Positions 25,590-39,980 are shown, counted from the stretch's first letter. The stretch is DNA of 64,000 nt from Octopus sinensis (GCF_006345805.1 NC_043015.1:53010001-53074000); one strand, 5' to 3'. Notes: generated by a model from the sequence alone, not told the origin. Program-made: numbers and translations.

Positions 25590-25775
25590 CGGTTTCCCTG
25601 GACGGGGCCGCCTGTCCGTCGCAGGGTTGCTCATTTTTACCAGCCAGTTGAGTGGATAGGGGCAACGTGAAATGAGGTATTTTACGTAAGAACTCAACCC
25701 ATCACCCGGTCTCGGTATCGAAACCTCAGTCTTATGATCATGAGTCCAACACCTCTAACTACTAACCTATACAGA
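25590..25775 (-). mobile_element. tRNA-headed SINE, further family (second copy ~43830-44010)
   Basis: Minus strand GGTTAGTAG..GTGTTGGACTC..GGTTTCGATACC head with a CORE-like segment. Confidence 0.6.
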
Positions 25776-26218
25776 ACTGTGCCAAATACCGCAAGATATC
25801 TAGTCCGGCACTAAAACAGTTCTGCCGATCTACTTTCTTGGATTAGTCCTTTTTGTTGTTTTTTTTCTTTTATTAATCCTAAAACAATTAAAGCCAAAGT
25901 TAACCTCGGCAGGATTTGAACGCGGGACGTAGAAAATCAGAAATAAAAATCTAAAACGCATCCAGTCTGGCCGACGTCCATGCAGTTCCGCAAACCTACT
26001 GTCTTGGGTTGGGATTTTTTACTCCTCGATTCTCGAAAAGATAAGTCAAATTTGACCTCAGCGGGATCTGAAATCGGGACAGAGTCGGAATCAATATCAC
26101 GTGGTGTGCTAACCGTCACTCTAATGACTCTGCCATTTCGTCGCTTACACTTTTGTATATATAATCCAACGGGTCCCTGTTTGTCTACATAATCCAATGA
26201 GTCTTTCGTTATTTAGGA

Positions 26219-26528
26219 CAGTGGTTCCCAAACTTTTTCGGACTGCTGTCCCTTTGACACCCAGGCTACATTCCTACTGTCCCCAACCCAACTAACCATC
26301 ATAAACATAGACCTCTTTCTGAAGCAAATTCAAAGCAAATGTATTTCACAAATAAAACTTTACCTAATAAACCCATTATTTTGTTGTTTTTGCATGAATC
26401 GCCAACCCATTATCGCCCCACTTTTTACAGGAATCGCTACTCCATCATTACCCCATTTTTCATCAACTCCCCATTGGAACTTCTCACCGCCCCCAGCGGG
26501 GCAATACCCGCCACTTTGGCAACCACTG
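26219..26528. mobile_element. hAT-type MITE with perfect 8-bp TSD
   Basis: TIRs CAGTGGTTCCCAAACT / ACTTTGGCAACCACTG; ATTTAGGA at 26211-26218 and 26529-26536. Confidence 0.9.
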
Positions 26529-27718
26529 ATTTAGGATGTTATGACAGTGATTCAAACATGACTTGTCTGCTATTTCTAGCACTTCATGTGACCACACACA
26601 GGCTCTCCTGTCACTAAGTTTGTCGTTTGTTCGCTGCGTTTCTTTTTGACTCTTCGCAAAGGATTACAGAACTCGTTGTTAAACCTGAGATTAACCCTCA
26701 TCCACCAGACTTATCTTTGATCTTCTACTTGCTTCAGTCATTGGACAACCGCCATGCTGGAACACTGCTTTGAGTGGTTTAGCTGGATAAATCCATCCCA
26801 GTACTTGTATTTTAGTAATGAACTAACTCTATCAGTTTCTTTTGTCGAACGACTAGTGTTGCTAGGATGTAAAGAAACGAACACCGGCGGTCAGGTGATT
26901 GCAGGGGACAGACTTTCTGTCTACCTATTCCACTCACACGGCTTTAATCGACCCACAACTATAGTAGAAAACACTTGCCCAAGGTGCCGCGTAGTGGCAC
27001 AGAAACTGAAACCACGTGGCTGCAAAACGAGTGTCTTAACTACACAGCCATGCCTGCACCAGGGATATGATCCAAGGTGTTATATAATAGTGGTCGTTTA
27101 CGTTCTGCGTTCAAACCCCGCCAAGGTCAACTTTGCTTTATAGAGATTATTTTTCTTTTTCCGAAGCCGGTCAATAAGTATTACATACATATATTAGGAT
27201 CAATTAAAACGCCCAACACCCTTAGTTAGATTTCTAGCCCTGTGTCTCTGTTAAGGAATGGTTTAACTTGTATCAGACCAAGCCTGTAGTGTAGATGTAG
27301 CTGTTGATATCCATGTTGGCCTGTTAAACTATTTCGTTGCTGGAACTGTTGACATGGCAACTGAATCTCTTTCGAAATCCTCTTCACTACCATCGCGAAG
27401 AATGGGTATGGATTAGTAGGCGAATTAAACTTGGTAGAATGCCAATCTTAACTAAGTGTTAACATATTTACTACGTGGAACATAAAAAACCCCAACCTAA
27501 CTTGAAATAAATATGCATTGACAGTGTGTGCGTATAATATATATACATATATATATTAGGATCCATAAAGAATCTAGGCATATCGACGTGAAGTGCGCCA
27601 CTAACTGGCTAGGCAGAATCACGCAGAGCCGACAGTGCAGTTACCCATTATCAGCGCAGAAGGCATTCATCAAGTTAAGGCACTGTTGGCTAATCCGCAT
27701 TTTCAATTGTATAGAAAA

Positions 27719-28228
27719 CTGGCAGTATCGCCCGGCATTGCTCGGGTTTGTAAGGGAAATAACTATATATGCATTTTTAGAGAGTTACTTCCCTTATAGA
27801 TGCCAATTCGGGCTTTCTTAGCCATTTCTGTTTTGGTGTCTTCAAGCCATGAAGTCGTTGTTCTAAAAGAACGCTGGTCTCCTTGACAACGCATTACGAC
27901 GTTGATTTCTTTACACTCCCTTCCCCACAGCTTCACGAGGGAGGGAAGGGGGAGAAGCAAACAGGTGCAGCTGTGAGCGTGGACGCCAACTCCGTCGCCA
28001 TCGACACACGAAAAATTATGCATTAAAATGGAATAAAAAATGATGTTAAATTATTTTTAAAATCGTAGACTCATCGTTGACGCGCGCTAATAGCCAGACG
28101 GGCTCGATATGAATCACGACTATAAGATACCCGAATTTGGTTAAACTGCACCGCAAAATGTGGGAGGAGTTAGGAATCTAAATCGAAGGGGACAGACACT
28201 CACACAACTAGAGTTTTATGTATATAGA
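27719..28228 (-). mobile_element. Non-autonomous Helitron-like element
   Basis: Minus strand starts TCTATA..., ends with hairpin CCCGAGCAATGCCGGG then ...CCAG (CTRR variant); inserted between A and T; no TSD. Confidence 0.8.
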
Positions 28229-28349
28229 TATTCAACGAAGAATGAAATACATAGAATGGAATAAAATACAACATTAATGTTTTTTTTTGTGTTATAAACG
28301 TGTGTGTGTGTGTGTATTATGTATGTATGAGTGTGTGTATGTATATATG

Positions 28350-28705
28350 TATATATATGTAGTCTTTTATCTTTTTTATCTTTTACTTTTTGATTGCGGC
28401 CATGCTGGTGCACCAACTTTAGTCGAACTAATCGCCCTTAAGACTTATTTTTTGTAAGCCTAGTACTTATTCTATCGGCCACTTTTGCTGAACCGTTAAG
28501 TTACCGGGACGTAAACATCCCAACATTGGTTGTGATGGTGGGAAGACAAACAGACACACGACGGGCTTCTTTCAGTTTCCGTCTACCAAATCCACTCATA
28601 AGGCTTTGGTCAACCCGAGGCTGACACTTGCCCAAGGTGCCACGCAGTGGGACTGAACCCAGAACCATGTGGTTGGGAAGCAAACTTCTTATCACACAGC
28701 CACAT
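28350..28705 (-). mobile_element. SINE family A, near full length
   Basis: Head, body and tail on the minus strand. Confidence 0.8.
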
Positions 28706-28708
28706 AAT

Positions 28709-28790
<82 letters not shown>

Positions 28791-28796
28791 TATATA

Positions 28797-29012
28797 ACAG
28801 TACTTGGAGAAGAAGAACGGAAAGAAACGAACGAATCGATACCTTCGAAACACGCTGGAGTTGAACTAGAGACAGCTGATGAAGGGGATTTTTTCCTTGT
28901 GTAGTTTGTCTTGTACTCTGTTTTTCTGTTGTAAAAAAATGGTTTGTTCCATGCTTGTTTTTCCGTTTTCGTTTCTCGTTGAGTTCTACGTCTATTTGTG
29001 GTGTCCTGTACT
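28797..29012 (+). mobile_element. Short (TA)n-embedded element with a permuted hammerhead-like core
   Basis: CCTTC GAAA ... CAG CTGATGA AGGGG; flanked by TA repeats. Confidence 0.4.
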
Positions 29013-29107
29013 CACGTATATATATTTATATATGCATGTATATATACATGTAGATGTAGGTACGTACATATATGTATGTATGTATGCATATATTTTATTT
29101 ATTACAT

Positions 29108-29165
<58 letters not shown>

Positions 29166-29630
29166 GTATGTATCTATGTATGTATGTATGTATGTATGTA
29201 TGTATGTATGTATGTATGTTTATAAAATGTATATTCATGCACACACAAACACACGCATATAATTACGTCACTTGTGATTATGACGTTACAATGGAATCTG
29301 AAAGATTTTTCCATTTTACCTTTGGTGTCTTCTGTATTTACGCTGCAAATTCCGCCGAGGTCGACTTTGCTTGTCATCCTTTCGGTGGGATGTTGATAAA
29401 TTAAGTACCAGTTGCGTACTGGGGTCGATCTAGTCGACTGGCCTCTTCCCCCAAAATTTCGGGCCTTGTGCGTAGAGTAGAAAAGAATATTTATGCTGCA
29501 AGAAAATAAGGTAAAAAAAAATTCAATCAAATTTGCGCATCAACATACACACACGCAAATGCATATACATACACATTCGCATGCAAATGCACACCAACGC
29601 ATTCATACGAGTTCAGACGCATATACTCAG

Positions 29631-29672
<42 letters not shown>

Positions 29673-30569
29673 GCAGGTAAGCCCGCACCATCTGAAGGCT
29701 GGAATATCAACATGAAACGGAACATATCCTGCCAGAAAAGTTTTTAACTTCTCCGGTTCTTTTGTCTCTCACAGAAATTATACATACATGCATACATATA
29801 TGCACGCACGCACGCACACACACACACACACCACACACACACACACACACCACACACACACACAAACGCACACACACACAAATGCACACACATACACACA
29901 CAAATACATGCATATATAAATGCGCGCGCACGCAGACATTCACACACATACAGAAATACATACATAAACACACACTCACAAATACATATATACATACATA
30001 AATGCACACAGGCACGCGCACATACATACAGAAGTGCACACACACAAATACATACATACACAAGTGTACACACACACTTAAATGCACACACGCATACATA
30101 CATAAATACATACATACATAAGTGCGCACACTCATACATACATAAATGCAAACACACGCAAATACATACATAAGTGCGCGCGCACACATACACACACATG
30201 CACACAAAATGCCGTTCAGGAATTTTTGCAGTGACAGGGAATATAAATGCTTATTATGAACATTTGTAGCTTTCGCGCAGAATGTGTTAAATATATTGTT
30301 GTAAATGGGCAGGTTTTGAAAAAAAAAAAAAAAAAAAAAAACAACAAAAAAACTAAACCAGCTGCCCCTTGACATCCTTCAGAAAATGTATGTAACCTGT
30401 TTGCAAGATCATGGTCCCATGTGTAAATATGCTTAGAATTTGGTAAGCTTTGAATATACATACATAGGCTCAGCCGTGGACATGTGGTAAGAGGCTTGCC
30501 TTCCCAGCCCCGGGTCGATCAAATCCTTGTGAGTGGATTTGGTAGGCGGAAACTGAAAGAAGCCTCTTG

Positions 30570-30616
<47 letters not shown>

Positions 30617-30757
30617 GTTTTTATTATCTTTTTGCAATTTACTTCATCATTGGTATTTTATTGTTATTTTAATTTTAATATTTCTATTATATGTAATTTT
30701 CTAGATGGTGTAATTTAATTGTTAATTTTGAATTGATTAAAGGTGTTTTTTTCTAAT

Positions 30758-30802
<45 letters not shown>

Positions 30803-31283
30803 GTGTGTGTGTGTGTGTCCCCACAACCGCTTGAAACCGGTGTTGGTGTGTTTACGTCCCTGTAACTTAACGGTTCGGCAAAAGAACTCCGATGGAATAA
30901 TTACTAGACTTTAAAATGTTAAGTGCTGGGGGTCGGTTTGTTCGACTAAAACCCTTCAAGACGGTGCTCCAGCATGGCCGCAGTCAAATGACTGAAACAA
31001 GTAAAAGAATAAAAGAATATAAGAATGCATTGTACAACATTGGCGGTTTTAGGAGGAGCATTTATGACGTAATGTGGAATAACGAGTGACTCATTGACTA
31101 CAACATACTGCACTTATTAAGAGCAATCAAATCCGTGTAATATTTGGGGAGTGACAAAACACGAAATGTTCTTATTTTCCTGTTATCTTTGGCACTCTTA
31201 TTTACATCCTTATATTCTCATTAGCAACTTTCATCACGGACATTTTCCAAGAATAACTTCGCCATTGTTGACGTTTCGGAAGC

Positions 31284-32117
31284 GGCGAGCTGGCGAAGTC
31301 GTTAAGCACGTCGGGCAGAGTGCTCAGCGGCATTTTGTCCTCCTTTATATTCTGCGTTCAAATTCTGCCGAGGTCGACTTTGCCTTTCATCCTTTCAGGG
31401 TCGATAAATTAAGTAACAGTTGCGTACTGGGGTCGATCTAATCGACTGTCGCCACTTCCCCGGAAATTTCGGGCCTTGTGTCTAGAGTAGAAAAGAGTAT
31501 TTAAGGCGGCGAGCTGGCAGAAGCGTTAGCACGCCGGGCGAAATGCTTAGCAGTCTTTCGTCTGCCGTTACGTTGTGAGTTCAAATTCCGTCGGGGTCGA
31601 CTTTGCCTTTCATCCTTTCGGGCTCGATAAATTAAGTAACAGATGCGTACTGGGGTCGATCTAATCGACTGTCCCCACTCCCCCGGAAATTTTGGGCCTT
31701 GTGCCTAGAGCAGAAAAGAGTATTTAAGGCGGCGAGTTGGCAGAAACGTTAGTACGCCGGGCGAAATGCGTAGCCGTATTTCGTCTGCCGTTACGTTCTA
31801 AGTTCAAATTCCGCCGAGGTCGACTTTGCCTTTCATCCTTTCGGGGTCGATAAATTAAGGACCAGTAACGCACTGGGGTCGATATAATCGACTTAATCCG
31901 TTTGTCTGTCCTTGTTTGTCCTCTCTGTGTTTAGCTCTTTGTGGGTAGTAAAGAAATAGGTATTTCGTCTGCCGTTCCGTTTTGAGTTCAAATTCCGCCG
32001 TGGTTGCCTTTCATCCTTTCGGGGTCGATAAATTAAGTACCAGGTGTGTACTGGGGTCGATGTAACCGACTTTACCGTCTCCCAAAACTTCGGGCCTCGT
32101 GCCTACAGTAGAAATTA
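31284..32117 (+). mobile_element. Head-to-tail array of SINE family B
   Basis: Heads (AAG)GCGGCGAGCTGGC at ~31284, 31503 and 31726, plus a body restart at ~31960. Confidence 0.9.
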
Positions 32118-32362
32118 TTATTGATGTCTCGGATACACTGGCCATGTGTTATTGTATTAACTGATAAACAGAAATGACGTCATCAAAGAATCTTATTGTG
32201 TCATAATCTACATTTGATATTAATCTTTTGTTTTATCATTTGGGCCTTATAGATTTTGATTTGTTCCCAGGCCTTGATCTTTTACAGCTAAAACCAGACC
32301 GTTTCTACATTTGTTCATGTACTTTTGTGAAACCCTTTTGCTTTTCACTCTGGCATACGATA

Positions 32363-32820
32363 CGAGGGAGTACTGAACAGTTCCCGCCTTTAAGTGTATC
32401 ACGAAAGGTCTGGCTGGAGGCCCAACCTTCCGAGTTATTTTAAAGGGCTTAGAAAAACTGAAGGACCATTGCAATAAATAAGTGTGTGAATCTGAGAGGG
32501 GAATATGTTGAATAGAATCATAATTAACTGATCCGCCTGTATTCTGCTGAGGTCGACTTTGCTTTTCATCCTTTCAGGGTCGATAAATTAAGTAACAGTT
32601 GCGAACTGGGATCGATCTAATCGACTGTCCCCACTCCCCCGGAAATTTCGGGCCTTGTGCCTAGAGTAGAAAAGAGTATTTAAGGCGGCGAGCTGGCAGA
32701 AACGTTAGCACGCCGGGCGAAATGCGTAGCCGTATTTCATCTGCCATTACGTTCTGAGTTCAAATTCCGCCGAGGTCGACTTTGCCTTTACCCAAAACCA
32801 AGAACTTTTCTGCAAGCCCT
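32363..32820 (+). mobile_element. mariner-derived internally deleted element interrupted by SINE B (~32543-32788)
   Basis: TA|CGAGGGAGTACTGAACAGTTCC left end; GLEKLKDHC..CVNLRGEYVE transposase C-terminus; right end GAACTTTTCTGCAAGCCCT|TA. Confidence 0.7.
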
Positions 32821-32930
32821 TATTTGCTGCTTCATTTACATGGGTCTTGGACGATATTGCTCATGACGTCATTGCTCTCTACATTTTTCTTTCAGTACAT
32901 TGTGCAACATTGTGCAACATTGTGCAACAT

Positions 32931-33575
32931 TTCACATCAAAAACAAAAGCAAAATACACCACGTGGTTTCCCTTGTGATCGCCAGTACTTCAAGGGAAAT
33001 AATCACTTCATAATATAAGATGGGGATATAAATTTGAATCTGAAATTTTGGAATTATAAAGAAAAGTGTGTATAGAAATCACATATTTATTTTTGTTTAT
33101 TTACTTATTCTAAAGTTCTTAACTTTTCCCCAGTTATTTGCACAATGATTTCACATCAAAAACAAAAGCAAAATACACCACGTGGTTTCCCTTGTGATCG
33201 CCAGTACTTCAAGGGAAATAATCACTTCATAATATAAGATGGGGATATAAATTTGAATCTGAAATTTTGGAATTATAAAGAAAAGTGTGTATAGAAATCA
33301 CATATTTATTTTTGTTTATTTACTTATTCTAAAGTTCTTAACTTTTCCCCAGATATTTGCACAATGATTTCACATCAAAAACAAAAGCAAAATACACCAC
33401 GTGGTTTCCCTTGTGATCGCCAGTACTTCAAGGGAAATAATCACTTCATAATATAGATGGGGATATAAATTGAATCTGAAATTTGGGAATATAAAGAAAA
33501 GTGTGTATAGAAATCACATATTTATTTTTGTTTATTTACTTATTCTAAAGTTCTTAACTTTTCCCCAGATATTTT
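32931..33575. repeat. 219-bp tandem repeat, 3 copies
   Basis: TTCACATCAAAAACAAAAGC starts at 32931, 33150 and 33369. Confidence 0.95.
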
Positions 33576-33920
33576 TTCCTTTCTAGTTTTTACATAATCG
33601 TCTCCTTTTTCTGAATTTCCTGTCTTTGTGCTCCTCGTTGCAGTTGTCTTTTCTCTGCACCCTGTATTAACATGGTTATTTTCCATTGTGACACGGTACA
33701 GCTGATGTACCGTGTTAGTGTTTTCGAGTATTAAGAGGGTAGAATATCATCAAATGTGTTCCAGCATTGGATTTACAGTATGCTCCAGGGAATTCTTGTC
33801 CTCTGTTTGATGTCCTCCATAGTAATGACGGTTTAAGCAGTGCTGGTTGCCCTTTACAGCCATTCAATTTTTACCCTCTAAATTTCTGCTCGTCTAATTG
33901 GGTATTATGGCTCTTACACA

Positions 33921-33967
<47 letters not shown>

Positions 33968-34694
33968 GCACGCACACACAAACACAGCAAACTTATAGCA
34001 AACGTTGGTGTTTAAGATGATGATGATAATATTGAAGGTGATGAAGGTCACGGTATGGTGGTGGTGATGGTGAGGAAGATGGAGTTGATGATGCTGATGG
34101 TATGATAGTGGTGGCAGTGGTAGCAGTGATGACGGCATGGGCGATGAGTATAATGATGATGATGATGTTGATGATGACGGTCGAGGAGGCGATGATAATG
34201 ACGATGATGATGTGCATATATTTACCAGAGACGTTTCAGAATATATATCTATGTAGTTTTCTTATCTTGATGTATGTATTTGTCAGACGGGCAAGTGAAT
34301 ATTTTCACTTACTTTGTAATGTAACATACTATATACAACCTTGTGAGGCATACCGAGTGTTTTTTTCTTTTTTCTTCCTTGCTTTCCATTTTCTTTTCAC
34401 TAAGATTGCTTAGAAAAGAATTTGTTTTATTATTAAATGTGCCAAGTATATAAATAAATACTTCGAAAAAAAAAAAGAAACAAAGAAGCAAAACAAAGAA
34501 AAAATAGATAAAGCTAAAGAATAAGCGACTTGCTGAAAGATGACAGATACATCGTAGAAAACGTTTTAAAATTATTTCCACGCAGTCAACAATAATTGCT
34601 TGCAGTAATACTTAATGCACGAGCTTGCTTAAAAATCTATCTCTATATGCGGGTGTGTATGTACGTGTATATATGTATGTGTGTACGTATATGT

Positions 34695-34732
<38 letters not shown>

Positions 34733-35107
34733 ATTCATAGTTGATAATAATCCCACAGGGAAAACATGTTCGGTATCAGCTTGACTAAACATCATATATA
34801 TATATACATATTTATATATACATATTTATATATATATATGCACACATGCACCCACCCACACATACACACTCATACATATATATATATATACACACACATA
34901 TATATATATATATACATACATATATACACATGGATATATACATGTGTGCATCTGTAGATATATGTAAGCAGTTGAAGCTTGTTTTTTTTTGTTTTCCTTG
35001 ATTTCATGCATCGCGTAGAGCCATGCATTCGTTTGCCAACACCCGCGCGAATCTAACTTTATGGTGTGTTGCACCTACGCACATAACTTGGCGTATTTAA
35101 ATGTTGT

Positions 35108-35180
<73 letters not shown>

Positions 35181-37396
35181 ATGCATGTGTGTGTGTGTAC
35201 AGATGCTCACATAATTACTAACATATGCATTCTATATTAATTGAAAAATTCCACATGCATATTTCTACAAGTGAAGGAAACTCGTCTATGAATTGCGTGT
35301 GGATTGAACCCACGCTGCCAATTTCATAGTCAATTACCTTTGAGTTGCTGACGGTTAACAATATCCACACATGTTTTCAGAATATTTAACGGGAACTCGA
35401 TGAATGCATCACGCTTTGTGAATTTCAGGCTGCATAAAAGATGTTTACCTCATATTTTGAATTAGGAACATACATATGATTGAAAGCGTTGCAACCATGA
35501 CCATCCTGTGTTTTTGCATACCAAGGAGTGCATAATCTAGTCTACCGAATTTGACGGCATGGTAATCACTGCATCGTGGAAAACGTACCCTGGTTTCAGA
35601 AATCTATTTCTTGGAAAGCACAATCGGGTAGTATTTAGGGGGGCACACGTGAGGCAAAATTGCCTGCCGTGAAGCAAAATTGACGAAAAAACCAGCGAAG
35701 TACTCATGCACGTTGTTCAGTAAAATTACCAAATAATGGCTCTCTACCTGGTGTTTTGTTGCCGGGTATTATTGTAGTACAACACGATGCTTTTTATATT
35801 AACTGTCCCACATTTTTCAACTAGCATCGTATGGCAATTCTCAAGGAATTTTTTTTACAAAAAGATGATGTGTTTTTTATGCCACCAAATACATATCCGT
35901 TTTATCTCTTAGCCAACTCTGACAGCAGACGTTCTGTTTGCTAACAACCTGACCTTTTCCCCGACGTTGCATACCTAAAGACTATATATATTCCAATGTG
36001 TCCTTCCAGTTTTAAAAATCGAAGGTGATTTAGCTGTTATCTATTGTTTCTAGCATGTCGGACAACAGCTGAGTAAGTCCCCACGTGAGCACAGAATTTA
36101 GATTTTTCTTTTATCCCATAGTGGAAAATATCGGAAATTTTTAAATTAAAAGTGTAGATTATAGATTCATAAGGAAAATATGGTAAAGATAGGAGAAAGG
36201 GGTGTTCTTGATACTTTTGTGAAAGGCATAGGTGAGAACTAGATTTTAACGAAGAGTCTGAACTGAATCAGTCTTCCCCTCTGTTGCTTGCCATAATTAA
36301 ATCTGTTGTTGATAATTAGAAAGAGTTATCTTACGAATTGAAAATTTGTAAAAAAAAAAAAAAAAATTATGTTCTTCCGGTATGGCTGATTGGTCAAGAA
36401 GCTCGCTTTGCAGCCACGTGATTTTGGGTCCAGCGCCACTGCGCGGCACGTTGGGCAAATGTCCTCTACTACAATGCCATGCCGACTAATGCATTAGGAG
36501 TGAATTTGGTAAACAGAAACTGCGTGGAAGCTCGTCATATATATATATGTTGGAGGGTGTATATTTGTGTTTGTCTCCCTCCCCACCACCACTTGACAAC
36601 CGGTGTTGGTAAGTTTGCGTCCCAGTAACCTAGCGGTTCGGCATAAGTTTCCGATAAAATAGGTACCAAACTCAAAACATAAGTACTGGAGGTGTTTTCT
36701 TTGGTTAAAAATTCTTCAAAGCGGTGTCCCAGAATGGCTGCAATCCAATGACTGAAGCAAGTAAAAGAAAAAGCTAAATCGATTATATTTAATTGAGAAA
36801 AGGGATGGCGGAATTGATCGTTGAACCTAGAGGATTACAATTAAATAGTTAAGTTTGTATTAACTTATTTAATGGTAGACACATCGAAATACCAACCAGG
36901 AATAATTTGCGATTAAGAAAAAAAAAAAAAAAAAAAGATAGAAAACGAGTTATTGATAATTTTTTCAGTTAGTAGGTAAAAACTCGAGACTGCTTTCGGT
37001 CCTAGCAAGAATCATCGTCAGCGAACCATCAGAATTGCTGGGGTAGCGATGAGAAAATCATTAAGTTGATGAACAAGATTGTACAATGGCGAGTGTAGAA
37101 GACGGGTAGAATTATTTAGAGAATTATTCATAGAGGGAGATAACTGATTGGAAACTATAGTAAGGAGTTTAGCCGAGCATTAAACTTTTTACGAAAAACA
37201 AAATGATTAGATCGATCGATAGATAGATCAATAGATAGATAGAGATAGATAGAGAGAGAGAGAAAGAAAGAGAGAGTGAGAATAAAAAACGGACTCTTCA
37301 GATTATCTTTTAACCTTATCCGTTACTTGTTTCAGTCATTTGACAGCGGCCATTCTGGGGCACCGCTTTATGTTTTTAAATGGATTATGATTCTTA

Positions 37397-37507
<111 letters not shown>

Positions 37508-38621
37508 ATATATCAATCAAAGATATATATATATATATCAATCAAAGAATCATAATACATATAGGTGTATAAGCAAACCGTTACAAAATGCCATTCGGTA
37601 TTTCGTTATGGTCCTCGACGTTCTGTTTTCTAATCCTACTTCAGACTCCGGGGCTGATAAAACAAAAACTAATGTAACAGTCGGGACAATTTTTGTTAAC
37701 AGCGTTATTGATTGTGTATACTCCTTCACCGTTTCTTACAGCATTTAGATTTTACCTCTTATTTCTAGCGATGTAGGTGCTTCGGTACCCTATGTCGCAT
37801 TTAGTGACGATTAAAGTTTTCCTTTACGGTATTATATTGCGCCAGCTGCTTTAACTTTTATATGTATATACACAAACGCAACTTTTATATGTATATACAC
37901 AAACGCATTCATATAGTATCATAGCAGTTTGACTCAGCTCTACGTTACTTGAAGTTTCGTGGGCTCATACAACACGTCTATCTCATCAGATGCTTTAGAT
38001 GAAGATGTTCTACAGGCCAACAAAATCAGTCATATGAAACGGAGTCAAATTGTAATGAAAAATATATGTAACCAAATGTGTTGTAATTTTATTACAGTCC
38101 AGAGATTTCCCCATTGCCGGTTCGTCAGGTGATGCCGAAGAACAAATATTTAGACAATTGCTTATATGGTTAATCTTTGAAATTTCTTTTTATATCGTTA
38201 TTATAAACACTAAACACCGTTGAAGTATTTGTGGCAGTTTTCCAGAAATTGTAAGCTTTTGTTGTGATTGTTTGGAACAAAAAAAAAAAGTGTTTTAAAT
38301 GGATTTATGAAGGATGTGGGAGATGAAGTAAATTTCATATGAAGATATTTGCGTGGATAGTGTAGTAATAGTATTTTGTATAATGAAAGTAGGTAAGAAA
38401 AATAAAGGTTAAGTATTTATAGGAGAGTTGGGGTCAAGGAGAAGCCACTTTGCCGTCTTAATATCTGTAAATGACGGTTAATCGATGGGAGTTACAGAAA
38501 GAATTTATGTCGGTGAAGGTGCAGAGGTTTCATATAGGTGACAGATCAGTATGCTGTTTCAACAGAAATTTACTCTTATCGAATCCTCCTTTGTTTTTAT
38601 ACTGGTGTTATATTAATACGC

Positions 38622-38658
<37 letters not shown>

Positions 38659-39171
38659 CGCGCGTGTTTCAGTATGTGTGTGTATTTGTGTATTTATATG
38701 ATTAAGAGAGAGAGTGAGTGAACATCCAGTGTTCAGGTCGTACGATGTCAGACGAAAGACTTTGATGCTTTATATATATTGCTTGGATATACGTAGCATG
38801 TTATATAAATCTGTCAATTTAATGCATCTGAAGGCATGAAACTATTAGTAGTTCTTTCGTAATGGTGTGTGTATGTATATATATACACGGTCACATAAAA
38901 CAAAAGTGAATATAGGGTGGTGATGTGCATATTTTCAAAAATATGGTTCTCGATTCTTCTACGACGCAATTGGTTCGGTAACAACACACGATCTCATTCC
39001 TGTCGAATCTTTCTTTTTCGTAAACTAGTTAAGAAACTCGCCTTGCAAACCATATGGTTTCCAGTTGTGTCTCACTGTGGGGCAATTTGACCAAGTGTTT
39101 TCTACCATACACACTCGTTCGACCAATGCCTTGGGAGTGAATTCAGCAGACTAAAACATATATATATATAT

Positions 39172-39233
<62 letters not shown>

Positions 39234-39902
39234 CGTGTGTGCGTGTGTGTGTGCGTGTGTGTGTGTGTTTCTCCCCATCATCACTTGACAATCGATGCTG
39301 GTATGTTTACGTCCCCGTAACTTAGTGGTTCGGCAAAAGAGACCGCTAGAATAAGTAGTAGGTTTACAAAGACTAAGTCCTGGGGTCGGTTTGTTCAACT
39401 AAAGGCGGTGCTCCAGCATGGCCGCAGTCAAATGAATAAAACAAGTAAAAGAATATATATATATATATATACTGTATGCAAATAGCACGTGTGTGTGTGT
39501 GTGTGTGTGTGCGTGAGCGAGTGTGTAGATGAAGTTGATATGTGGGAGTGTATATTGTTTGTGCCTATATATATATATAGATATGTGAGTGTGAGTTTGT
39601 GGGAGGTGTGTGTAAATGTGTACGGGGGTGGAATTAAAAGAGAGGTGGAGAATTGAGACCATGACGTACTGACGAACGGAGGGAGGAAAATAATTTCCTG
39701 CTCTCGACGGAGGCGGGAGCCTGTCTGGCCTATGTGCTAGATCTGTTTGCTGCAGAGAATAACCACTAGAGCAGAAGTGACGCGAGAGCAGAGTGTCATT
39801 GCCGAGCCTAATGTCCTGGAGATATTCGGCAAAGTGCCGGCCAGTTTGACCAACGTACAGGGAGTGACAGAAAGAGCAGATGTGTTTGATTAAATTAAAG
39901 GA

Positions 39903-39977
<75 letters not shown>

Positions 39978-39980
39978 ATA

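Noticed and set aside
27250-27450. Possible host exon in unique-looking sequence
   Set aside because: Stops in most frames, no recognisable domain and no clear splice pair.
33690-33718. 9-bp hairpin ACACGGTAC/GTACCGTGT with CTGATG in the loop
   Set aside because: No GAAA partner or other support; short hairpins arise by chance.
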